Assembly: GCA_907165135.1 (NCBI GenBank)
Contig: OU015567.1
Span: 2,666,001-2,730,000 of the forward strand
Reading direction: 5' to 3'
Length of the DNA: 64,000 nt
From: Oikopleura dioica
Lineage: Eukaryota > Animalia > Chordata
The translations under genes and the position numbers were made by a program. This document shows positions 25,131 through 36,684 of the stretch, in pieces. The notes under the pieces were generated by a model. It did no database searches. It was not told where the DNA came from and saw only the letters and a list, made by a program, of their open reading frames with translations. The stretch's first letter is position 1, and each line of letters begins with the position of its first letter.

Positions 25131-26127
25131 CTAGCTGTCTGATTTGTTGTTTAATAAAATGTTTCGTGCACGGGTTTCGCAGGTTTCTTTCACTCTTGGG
25201 CCGTGGCAGTCGTAGATGTATCTGAAAGTAGACAATGAGGTTATGGTTAGGGTTGAAAAAAAAAGATAATTTCTCAAAAAAATTTTTTTTTTGATAAAAT
25301 ATCTTCTGTGTTTACAGTACCTGTCACACCATTTCTTGATTCCAGTCGTCAATCGCTTCAATTTTCGATCAGAAGAGTTCTGGGATCGCATTAGCTTCAA
25401 TTCTTCTGGAGAGCAAAAAGCAGCCAATGATGCTAAAAAAACTCATCATGACCTAATTTTCGAGATATAAACTTACGATCAGCCTTGTCTTCCTCAGTGC
25501 AAGTGCTCAAGTCCTGGATCGCCAATCGGTCGCAAGCAAGATCGGACATACCCTCGCAGTCCTCCTCATCCGCATTTCGTCTTCGTCGACGAACGGGGTG
25601 CTTCCCGTTGACAAGTCGGTGGCGGTAGACGCTTCGACCTTTGGCGTTCGGGTTCTTGCGCAGCACCATTCCTCGCGTTTCTTCATCTGGATTTGGACCA
25701 CCGTTTTTCACAGCGGGCTAAAAAGAAGGAGTAAGAAAAATGAAATTCTCTTGTATATTAGAAAATCTTTAGAAAAAAAGGACTTACATCGTAGAAGCTG
25801 CATTGTTCTCGGTTGAAAGCTTCGTCAAGTTGGTTGATGAAACTCGTCATTCTAGTGCAGAATCGATCGTTCTTTCCATCAGGGAGGCCGCTTTGGCTCC
25901 AGGAGCAGAGAAATTGGTTCAAACTAAACGAAAAATATAAATCACCGGATTCTCTTATGATTGAGGGGTTTTATGGGTCTAGAATCGCCAAAGAACTATA
26001 CTTACGCTTGAAGTCGTCTCTGGGGATGGCTCGCCTTGATTCTGTTTCCATCGGCATCTTTCTTCGGCGCTTTGAAAAGTCCTTCTGCGGAACTGACAGC
26101 AAAGAGGATGGAAGACAAAATTTTCAT
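25131..26127 (-). CDS. Orphan secreted protein, 5 exons
   Basis: Signal peptide MKILSSILFAVSSAEG; GT-AG exon chain reading HPQRRLQAL...CSFYDPAVKNGGP...RRRRN...LTTGIKKWCDRYIYDC. Confidence 0.72.
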
Positions 26128-27259
26128 TTTTGTGTATTTTTTCTTGATCGAAAAGCGAGAAAAAGTATTTGAAATTTACAAGGGAAGAGACTTCTACAGA
26201 ATCAGCGCTCTGAGATGCGTTTTTAAAGTCAAGCGCGCGCGCTCAGCGCAGAGGGCGCGAGAGAGGCGAAAGCAGAGAGCGCGAGTTGTCATGAAAAATT
26301 GTCCGAGTCGATTTTGACGATTTCCTGAAGATTGATTGAAAATGCATAGTAATTTATTTCAGAAAATTGGTAAAAATTATAAAAAAGAAAGCTTTTCCTT
26401 TTTTAGTTTTCTCAAAAAGAAAAGGGGTTCTGGAGATCAATAGAACGCTTAAAATTAAGGGCAATTAGAGGATACCCCATTAGTAATGGGTATTACCGGT
26501 TTTTAGTGGTTATAAATTATAAATTAAAATAGATAGCGAAAATCTAAAAATGCGATGATAAGTTATCATGAAAGCTCATAATTGGTCTTTTTTGCAGGGA
26601 AAAATGAAAAGAAATCAAAGATTTTAGCGTATAAAATTCTACTTTGAAAAGAAATGAATTGAACTTCGACAGGTTGAAATATCTATAAGCACCTCTCCCC
26701 ACCTGAATGACCAAAAACGCACGTCCGCTGTCAAAAAATAAAAATCCGTCGGATCCAAAGTTTATGAAAGGTCTGAGTGGTGCTCAAAGTTCAAGAAAAA
26801 TAAATCTTCAAATGGAGTTCCGTTCGGAAATGCAACAACTGAGTTCCCAAAAACAGGATCAGAGGGGATTTGCCGAAATGTGCACTGCAGATTTACAATC
26901 AACTCGGGCTCACGTGGTCAAGAATACTGAAGGGCGAAAAGGTTGGCAAAGGGATTCGTGGTCCAGGAACTGATCAACTTAAAATTCCCTCTGATTCATT
27001 TTAGTAAAACAGAGAGAACGACTTTTGAAATTGATCAGCTGTTTTGATAAAATGGAGAAAAGTAAGGGTGCGCTGGCTTTCCGAGTAAAATTTGCGCTTC
27101 GAGAAAGCTTCAAAAGAAACTGAACGCGGCAATTATAAAACTCAGATAGGAAAAAGCTCTAAAAACAACTCTGAATAATCCTCTGGGAAAATTTTCGCTG
27201 GAAAAGGATCAGGAGTTTGCGAGTTTCTTGAGAGGATTTTTCGCTAGGAAGTTTATGTT

Positions 27260-27307
27260 GTGACACCCTTATTTTTCAATTAAGGGGTTCATAAAATAAG
27301 GGTGTCA
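27260..27307. repeat. Hairpin remnant of the GTGAC(A/C)CCCTTATTTT inverted-repeat family
   Basis: TGACACCCTTATTTT ... AAAATAAGGGTGTCA. Confidence 0.6.
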
Positions 27308-28010
27308 TTATGAAAAAAAAGAGCTTGATTTGAAGGCTCTTTGAAGAAACCACAAAGTTGAGCGCTGGTTCATCACGTTTTCGCCCGTTCCATTCATTAA
27401 GATTTTCTCCCTAAAAATGAGAAAAATAGTAAAAATAAAATTGATAAATTTTCTGTTATGGAATTTCACGAACGCACAGAGCTATGTTTCAGGAAAGAGA
27501 TTTTCGAAGTCTTCAGAAATGACGCGAATTTTGATGTACCGAGAAAAAAGGTTGATTCTTAGCCTATTTTCCTCTGCGAAGTTCTTTTTTGTATATTTTA
27601 AAAATGGAATCGAATCTATAGTCAAAATACTGGATTTGGCGATTCAACGTAACAGGAAAGATTTATGCCAGAAAAATGCCCGTTACGATTAGCCCTATTT
27701 TGGGCTCACCAAATGTTGCTTTTTTGTACAAAAGTGCATAATCTGCTCTTTTTGATTTTTAATTTTTTAACTCCTCGACGCGTTTTTGAACTTTTTTTCG
27801 GGGAAACTGGTGTTCTAATGGGAGAGCTCATACAATAATTAAAGGATTTCCGGGTGACGAAGACTTGGTCAGATTTAACCCCTTGCTGCGGGTGTTCCTT
27901 GCGGCTTGAGCGTGTCTTAACCTATTACAGTATTACACGCACTCAGGCACCTCGACAATTACCCAAAGGAAGAAAAGAAAAAATTCTTTTATTAAATCAT
28001 GTGGTTATAA

Positions 28011-28826
28011 TCAGTCGGAATCAGAGTTTGAGGAAGAAGAGTCAGAAGAATCCGATGATGATTCTTCAACTTCTTTAGGAGCTGGATACGGATGGTACTG
28101 TCCATAGGTAGGCATCATCTCGGGCTGACCTTGTGAAGGGTACCCTTGGTAGGGAACAGTTGGGTATCCTTGAATCGCAGAGACGGCTTCGTTAACAGGT
28201 TCTAAGAAATCATTTGGCGGAGTCTTGGAGAAAACTTCTTACCAATTGCTCCGGAATCAGAGGGGTCTCTGCAGCAACATGTGCAACCGATAAAGTTAGC
28301 TTGGAAGAAAGAAAGAGCCATGACGAGAGTCAAGAAGATCCATTCACAGATGACGATGGCAACGAAAGAACCCCAAAACGGCCCGCTTGTCGTTGGCATG
28401 CCGTAAAGATGGTAAAAAACACACCAAGTGATATAGCCATAAAACACAGCAGCAACAGATCCAGCAGCATTTCCCATAGCCGCTTTGTTTGACATTAAAA
28501 ATCGGTTTTTATACTGAAATCTTACCTGTTGGTCCAAATTTGGCGAAAAAGTCTACAAGTTCTTTATTTTTCGATACGCTAACACCTAACGATCCAGCTG
28601 CAATGCCCAGTCCTCCAGCGATGATTCCTGTTCCAAATGTCCATGAGCATATCCAAAAATACCCCGAATACACATCCATCCAAATCCATGTCGAATCAAC
28701 GATAATGAGAAGGATGGAGAAAGATATGAGGGTCGCTCCTATTGCCTTAAAAAAGTCTCCAATTTAAAAGACTTGTACTGGTACAAAGATCAAAACCTTT
28801 GAAACACTTTGATAATTATGCTTCAT
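28011..28826 (-). CDS. MS4A/CD20-like four-pass membrane protein
   Basis: Four hydrophobic segments including WTFGTGIIAGGLGIAAG; Cys cluster CTCCC after TM4; P/Y/Q-rich cytoplasmic tail; start codon tentative. Confidence 0.6.
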
Positions 28827-30134
28827 CTCTTGTTACAAGACGATTCTCTCTACTGAGTTTTTCTAGAGCAGAAGCAATATAAAGGCCCTGTCTATTTGTC
28901 GTCACCATTGATATTCATGGTTACCGTGTTTATCAGACGAAGGTCGGATATTTTTGACACGATAGGGAAATACAGAAGACTCGTAGGAATTTTTCTAGCC
29001 ATAACATAGTCGATTGTAGGAACATCTGTTTATTGGTAACTAAAGCACTTGAGAAAATTAAATAAGATTCATGTCAAGCTTGTCTTTATCCTCCTCCTCA
29101 TAATGCTGAAATTTCAACAAAAAAAAAAAAGAAATTTGATTAATTTTGAATGATAAAAAGTCGATTTATTTCAACAATTTGAACGCTTATCACTTGCTTG
29201 TCGGCGAATTTGACCGCCTAACAAGCCTTGTTTCATTTTTTGACACGTTTTGCCAGTCAATGACGCGTATTGATGTTGAAAAGTATTCGGTTCTAAAAAC
29301 GAGTTCAGATTCTTGTTTCAAGTCAATATGCGAGCCTTTGAATATAATTAACATTTAGCAAGATTCTCGAGAAATCGCGACAGCTTCTAAATATTGATTA
29401 TCATATTTACACGTAAATTCACACATGCAAGTGTAAATTCCGCTTCTTCGGACGTGAAGTTTTCGTAAAAATAAAACCGGTAAAAAAAGGAATTTGTCAA
29501 AAAAGGGGCGAACGAAAAGCCTCGATAGTTTTCTTTTTCTAGCTTCTTCTTTTTTCAAGAGTTGGACTAAGAATAAGGGCGTATCTCTTGAAATTTCAGT
29601 ATTTATTTTTACATCAATGATGATCGAAAACTCTCAAAAAAGGGTTGATAATGAACAGGAAAATTTATTAACAGTATTTTTTAATTAAAAATAACAAAGT
29701 GATACCCTTAATTTCAAAAACCTATCCCCAAAAAATGAATTTAAAGACCTCTTCTCCCTTATTTATCCGTAGACCCTTCTGAAACGTTTTAATTGTTTCC
29801 AAACAACAAAGTCTTTCAACAACCCGGTCTTCCGAAAATAAGCACTCCTAATCCCCTTTTCGCCCGATTAGACAACAGCAAGGGGGTTCACTTCAAAAAT
29901 GCGCGCTTAGCTACATTTCGATTTGATGAACACGTGGTTTTTTGGAGAAAAATTTTTGAAGAAAACAGCAATTTTCTCCTGGCGCGCGAGGTGCCGTAGA
30001 GATCGTGGATGCGCGAATATCGGAGTTGGTTCAAAATAAACAAGATTAAAAATTTCCTTTCCCGGGCGAGTTATATTTTTTCAACTGATAAGGATTTCCC
30101 TTCCCTAGCGAAAATCTCTCTTACTGTAATCCAG

Positions 30135-30809
30135 CCGAGAACAGACAGTCCTGATCATCTCCGTTTTATTGGAATCACGGATGCTGATGGACACAGTGAA
30201 TTCGTTTATACCAACAGTAAGTTCACTGTACATTTGTAATCAATTATTTCTATGGGAATCCCAGCGGTCTTATGGTGTAACGGTTAGCACTCTGGACTCT
30301 GAATCCAGCGATCCGAGTTCAAATCTCGGTAGGACCTCTCTTTTTCTCATCCCTTTTCCCTCTTTTCATCCCTTTTTTCAGCCGTAAAAGACGAATGCGT
30401 CAAAACCCCATCTTCCAAGTGTTACGACGTTTGCCGGTTTTCCAGTTCGAAAGCGGATTTCTACACCAACGTCGAATGCCGTCTTTGCCTCGTTCGCTGG
30501 AAGTGCTTGGACCTCGACTCGTTAAGAAAATGTGGCAAGAGCAAATGTCACGAACAATGTCACGAGGAGCTACAGCCAAGAGTAAGGACCGTATTTCTTC
30601 GAAAAAGAACGACACGAAATAGGGATGAGCGGTAATAGCCACTTGAAGGGAGAAGACCCTTTAATTTTCAGATTCAAAGAGCGTTCCTCAAAATCCACGA
30701 TCGCTTCTCTCAGGGACAAAAGAGATCAAAGGGGATTTGTAACGTTGAATTCAGGAACTTTTTGGAATTCCGTCCAGGTGGAGACAAGAGGATTGCTTGG
30801 CTTGTATGA
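30135..30809 (+). CDS. Cys-rich protein exons (partial); hosts the tRNA in an intron
   Basis: Phase-compatible exons 30135-30216 and from 30382 (ECVKTPSSKCYDVC...CRLC...CHEQC); ends uncertain. Confidence 0.45.
30266..30337 (+). tRNA. tRNA-Gln, anticodon CTG
   Basis: 72-nt cloverleaf GGTCTTA...TAGGACC; anticodon arm CTGGA-CTCTGAA-TCCAG; TTCAAAT T-loop; T5 terminator immediately downstream. Confidence 0.96.
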
Positions 30810-31338
30810 TACAGGTAATTTTCAACTTACGAAAATTGCCCTACAGTTAGTGTTTACGATTAGGGTTAGGGTTAGAGTCAGGCTAGTTACAGTCAAGGCT
30901 GTTGTCCGGGCTTTTTTGTCGAAAATTTCGACTCAAAAGCTTCAAAATTACGGTTTTTTTTTGCGGAAAATTGAGAAGAATTGCCGTTTTTCGGCATATT
31001 TTCTTGTTTGAACCCTAATATCCGATCCTGAATGTAATTTCTATAAATTGAACTTTCTTGGAAGACGATTTCTTGTGATGCCCCAAAAATTTTCCAGAAA
31101 ATACTTCCCGAATTCCCCCTTCCGATCCGAAATGCCGAAATCGTAAAAATTACAAACTGGAAAAAATGCAAACAGATGCTGCTCGCTGTGCATTTCTGTT
31201 TAGAAAAAGCGTCAGCCAGCTCATCCGAGCTGAATTCGTAAATTCAGTTTCCCTGTCTCGCAGGAGACACCGGCCATTTCAATTTGCAAATTTAAAATTT
31301 ACTCTTACTTCCGAATTTCGAATTTTGGTTCGTTTCAG

Positions 31339-31815
31339 AAAAACTGCGCCACGGAATACGATCTGCAGATGCATTACGGTTATACTGTCGACTGCGCCAG
31401 TGAATGTGCCAGTAATGGTAAGACGAAAATGGGTTACAAGGGCGGATTCTTGAGCTTTTTTAGAATCCATGAATTGCCCGTCAATTCCTGCGGCAAACGA
31501 TTGCAAAACCGCGTGTGATGGAGAATGCCAAAATTCTGATTCTGATTGTCACATTGACTGCTTCAAACGGCAATGTCCAGAAACACAGGTAGCCTATCAT
31601 TTTTTTTCAACAGGGCAATATTAAAAGCATAACAGCGAATTTGGCGAATCGAGGTTGAAATTTTTCTTCTCAAATTTCTTCTGAAAAATACAGCTACGCC
31701 CTTTTTTAACAAGTTCTCCACCATGCTTGTTTTTCAGGACTCATGCGTCAACTGCATAGAATCGTGTTCGGCAACGAAAGTTCTCGTCGAAGGAAACAAG
31801 TTCGCACATTCTTAA
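31339..31815 (+). CDS. Cys-rich protein exons (partial)
   Basis: Three GT-AG-linked exons: DCASECASN / NCPSIPAANDCKTACDGEC..CHIDCFKRQC / DSCVNCIESC; may belong to the preceding gene. Confidence 0.45.
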
Positions 31816-32579
31816 AAGCGTACAGGTGTTGAAAAAATGCACGCAAGCCCTTATTGAAAACAAAAAAAAAATATGTTGAACTTGGAAATAAGCTCATATG
31901 AATGCTCAAATGGACAGATCGGTGATGGAATTTCCGATTTTGAAGGCGAGATTTACGAAGGACTACATGAGAGCTAACGATTTATTGCCAACATCAGCGC
32001 CCAAGCCAGCAAAATCGAAAGGAATCGGATCACTAGAATCAAAAAATTATTATTCTTTTTTAGGAACCAATCAGAGAAAGGGTTTCAAGCTCTCAACCAA
32101 TCAAAAATCCGATCTTTTTGTTCGAGCCAATCAAATTTTCGAATCGATAAATGGCTCTTGAACCTTAGATTTTTGATTGGTTAGTGCAAAAATATTGCAC
32201 TGGAAGTAGTTTTTAGAAAAAGAAAGCTATTTTAAAATACATCCGATAAAAAGGTCGAGAGCGAGTCAAAAGCGAAAAAGATAAATCCAAGCGGGCACGT
32301 GATTTAAAATCCCACTCTCAAGCTTATCACGCATTTCAACTCATTACCTTTTTCTCTTTTCTCATTTTTTGCCACACGTGCAAATGATAAATTCTGAGCG
32401 TGAGCGAAATTTTTAGAAAAGAAAAACGAAAATTAAATTAAGAAAATTAAATTTTTCGAAACTCTCAACTACTTTGAATTGAAGAAAGAAAGCTTATCAG
32501 GGTACGAAGCTGCGGTTGAACCAGCGGTTTTGAATAACTCAGAATAAGTCAAGATAGCGGCCATAAATCACGTTCGAAG

Positions 32580-33479
32580 AAACTCAAGAAAGAGCGAAGA
32601 AGGGAGAAAAGGAACAAGCGACAACAACTTCAAGCTCAAAGAAAAGTAAGTTTTCACGAAAAAAAGCAACCATGAAAATTGAATCTATTTGTAGCAAAAA
32701 AGAAGAAACCGAAAAAAGACGCGAAAGTCGAAGAAGCAGCAGCAACGCCAGCAAAACCAAAAGGGTTGAAACCAATTACACTAGTATCATCTTCTTTTTC
32801 GCTGATTCCCTTCGTTCTAATACACGACACATTTACAACGCGTTTTGGGTCGCGGGGTTAAAGCGCTAAATGCAGACTCGGCGGCAATTAACCTTTGACA
32901 AGCTGGATTTTCAAAGGATTGTTCTTTTGAAATCTAAAATTTAAGTCACCTTCGAAGATTTAAAAGTTTTAACTTTAGATACCTCAAAGATAAATATATT
33001 TCGAAAGATAAGATAAAAATATAAAATCAAGCATAACTGGCGAGATTCTGGACCAGTGCTGAGAAGGTTTTGGATCCCGAAAGAAGTTCCCCCGCAGCGG
33101 AAAATGAATACTTTCGGCTTCCGGGAATTTTTGATCGGGGCAGGAAAATAAGCGCTGACGAACTTTCTTTTGAGGACCACGAGTTCAACTCATGAAATGA
33201 CTCAAAAACTAAAGAATTTAGGATAAGATTGAATTGGTTGTAATTGCGAAGCCGCTTTGCGGCTTCGATTATAAAAAAATCCGCTATGCGGCTTTTCATT
33301 TACGCCTTTTCAGAGCCTCCAAGGCCTTTTCTGAGCCTTATCAATCGTATGAAAGGGAAGATAGGTTCAAGAGTAAGCTGCCCCAACCTCAAGTCCTGAC
33401 CAAGTTAAGAACTCGGTCCAGACAAGAAAAAGAGGCGAGAAAAAACGCGGTGTCGTGGACAAGCCACAAGCGTAATTAA
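32580..33479 (+). CDS. Putative Lys-rich multi-exon gene of unknown function
   Basis: Short open exons with GTAAG/AG borders (AKKKKPKKDAKVEEAAATPAKPK); no family recognised. Confidence 0.25.
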
Positions 33480-34066
33480 CAAAGAGGATTAGATTATCAA
33501 ATTGGTTCAAATATCGTCACCCCTGAAAAGAAATATGCGCTTTTGGAATTTAAAAATGCGGTGACAACGATTTTACGAAGTTGGATCGCGAAGGCATTCT
33601 TCGCGGTGGCGAAAAAACAAGCCAAAAGTAGATGCGAACACTGTTTTTTAAAGAATCAGTTGTGCAAGGTTCACTGAAAATGAACTTCAGCGAAAAAGGA
33701 AAAGTGTGGAACTCAGATTTGACATTTCATCACGGGCTTTTGCGGTTTGTTGGCGATCGTATTTACGCGAAAATCGAATCGCCTTTCATTACGACCTTCC
33801 AAATTCCAGCGACGTTTTTGAGATTGCTCTTGCGATTTTGCTAAGAAAGTGAGCAATGTCATGTCAGTCACAGACAGAGCTTCTTTCGGAGAGTTTTATT
33901 GGGCAATGAGTCCTTCAAAAATCAGGATAAATTAAGTAACCCTGTTTTTGACTTGTTATGTGTGGTCATAGCCCGGAAAATAAAGGTCATCTCCAAGCAG
34001 GCAAATATCAAAAAGTTCACCAAGACCAATTTAATGATTTTCAATACATTCTGACATTTTCCAGAG

Positions 34067-34949
34067 ATGCGGCGACTTATTCTTTTTCTGTCAGCTGTGT
34101 CCGCTCGGGTAGCAATTGAAGACGAAGTTTGCATGTTAGTTATTCCGCTTTGAGCTTTAATTTGACGAAAATTCTAGTGACCAAGATCTTCAACAAGACT
34201 GCATTGGAATTTGCCGCGTTGACTACACTGCTTGCCGACTTCTTTGTGAGACTGAGTATTGTCTATCGATTTGCTCCTCGAATTTTGACAGTTTGAAGAA
34301 TCGAAGAGAACTAGGATAATAAGAAATTAAGAATGCAACAACGATTGCCCTTGTGGAGAAAACTGTCCAAATGGATGCGAATGCTGTGAAAATCCGATTT
34401 GCCCGACAACAGAGTCCATTCAAACAACAGTTTCTGACGACAACGGCATCTTCTATCCAATAATCAAGGCTTGGCTCGGCAACCTGACTCATATTTCTAC
34501 ATACAGGTAGGTTGCCGAGCCGAGAATCAAGGGCCGCGGAGTTTCTGAAGCCTTTTTGAATGGAATGTATGTTCTTTGGCCAGTTGACACGCTGGGTGAC
34601 GCTGTTCGAATTGTAGAAATGGAAATTCTCGAAGGAGGAATCAAAAGAGGCAAGATTGAGGATGTTAAAACAAATGAGCAGTGGAGAAGAATTTCTTGGC
34701 TAGCTCAAAACGGAGGAAATATGATGGAGCGAGTTATTGACGAAGGTGATTTCTGGCGATTTGTTCCTCATCCTACTATGGTTAGTGCGTCCTCAAGTGC
34801 GCATCACAAGTAAACTTTTCAAGCCGGATACTTTTCAAATCCATTTGGATACTGACTATCACTATGACAACAATATCAATGACCGCAATGTTCTTTCAAT
34901 TCTCTACAATTCTTTCGCGATGGAAGATACGATTTACGGAAAGATATAA
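34067..34949 (+). CDS. Secreted protein with an N-terminal Cys-rich module
   Basis: MRRLILFLSAVSA leader; introns 34135-34177 and 34291-34331; C..C......C...C....C...C...CPCGENCPNGCECCENPIC; stop 34949. Confidence 0.72.
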
Positions 34950-36013
34950 AATAAGATTTTTAGAAAAGATTTTTCAACTAAAAAACTCATTCATATCAAA
35001 ATAAGCTCCAAGAATTTTTTACGAAGAATCGGTCAACATGGAAAATGAAGAATATCTCTGGACATTTGTTCGCCAATAAATTGAACTTATCAATTATCTT
35101 TTATGATTTTGACTCGCAAAAATATTTTTATAATTAAAAAGTGGTTGCGAAGCCTTTGATTCAAAATTTAAGGAATCAAGGAAGACAACTCTGTTTAAAT
35201 GAATCATTCAGCATAATTTCTTTTCCATCAGCATTATTCTTCCCAACCTTGCCTCTAGTTAAGTTGATTTAGGAGACAGAAACACGCAAATCTTTCCAAT
35301 TTTCTAACTCATGGTCTAAACGCTATAAATTAAGAGTCTGATAATCTTCCCTAATATCGACCCTCACTTTTCAACACACAGACCTTCAAAAGGCCCCTTC
35401 CAACGATCAAGTAGAATATCTCTAAAAATGCCAAAATTTGCCGAAAGAGAACTTGTTGTTCGAAAAATGAACCAGCAATTCCAGGTAGCGTCGTTTTTAT
35501 CTTTCAAAAGTCTTATTTTACTTCAAGGATAATTTGAGAATGCGAAAAGAAACTAATGTTTTGAACACCAGAGCACTCAGTTTGACCAAAAATCTACAAG
35601 TTTTGCAAAAAGTAAGTCCCTTCATCACCTCAAGACCCGAAAATCGCCCTTTTAGGATATCCGATGCTTTGGTTCTTACGTAGAAGACCTCAAATACCAA
35701 GCCCGATCAAACTACAAAAACATTCGTAAGTTGTTTTCCTTACTTCAGTGTAGGTCCTTGTTTTTGTCCAGAGAAAGACCTTTTCGTTAGTCGATAAATT
35801 TTTACTGTTATCGTGTTATTAACTCGAGCAATTCTCACTTCAATTTACGAGCTGCCTTGGTGTGAAAAGAAAATCATACAGTTATTTAGAGGCGATTCTG
35901 GAGCGACAAGACATGAAAATGCTTACTGGCGAATAAAAAGTGTTTCTGAACTTTCATACTTGTATTTTTCTGTTTCAATAAAATCAAACGTATAAAGTTG
36001 CTTACAAAATTGC

Positions 36014-36371
36014 TTAAGGACCCCCCCGTCAACAATTTTCCTCAAAAAATCGAAAATTTCAAAAAAGCCATATCTTGGCTTCTTTGTGTTCCTGGAAGTT
36101 TTATAGTATAAAATTTATACACCATAAAAACTTGTTCGGAGCACTTTTTGACCAATAAAAATCGAAAATTATAGCAAATTTGGGACTTTTTCGTCATTTT
36201 TCGTCAGAAAGTCCAATTTTCAAAGGCGATTTTGAGGGTGTTAGAGTCGAGATAGACCCCCAAAAAATGAAGCCTTAAAATCGTTTTTTCACCCGTAGAA
36301 TCCATTTCCGGGGTCAAAATTTTGAAATTCCGAAAATAGATTTTTCGAAAATTGTTGACGGGGGTCCTTAA
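36014..36371. mobile_element. ~360-bp MITE, TTAAGG-ended
   Basis: TTAAGGAC(C)nGTCAACAATTTTC ... GAAAATTGTTGAC(G)nTCCTTAA. Confidence 0.7.
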
Positions 36372-36684
36372 TAACGAAATGCAAATAGTTTATGACTCTC
36401 TAAGTCTGATAACTGCACACATTAATCGTTGAAACTTATTCCGAAGCAAATCATCCCTCGACAATGTGCGAGTTGTTCGTGTCTTCAAGTTTGCCATAAA
36501 AAACACTACCCATCCTTTGGAAATGTCAAATTGCGATGTTTATAGAAGTCTAGGTATGTTCAGTCGCGTGTGGATGCCTGGCGGGCGCGGCGGCCACATC
36601 CAGCCGAGTACGGTTGGCTCCCGTTCTCCACCACCAACTCTGCTCGCCCCGCTATAACTCGATTTTATTGCAACCACGATTATA

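Noticed and set aside
34223-34492. 89-aa hydrophobic minus-strand ORF
   Set aside because: It is antisense to Cys-rich plus-strand exons that form a coherent spliced gene with a signal peptide.
35000-35935. Short plus-strand exon-like segments
   Set aside because: Some GTAAG/AG borders exist, but I could not build a consistent reading frame or recognise a product.
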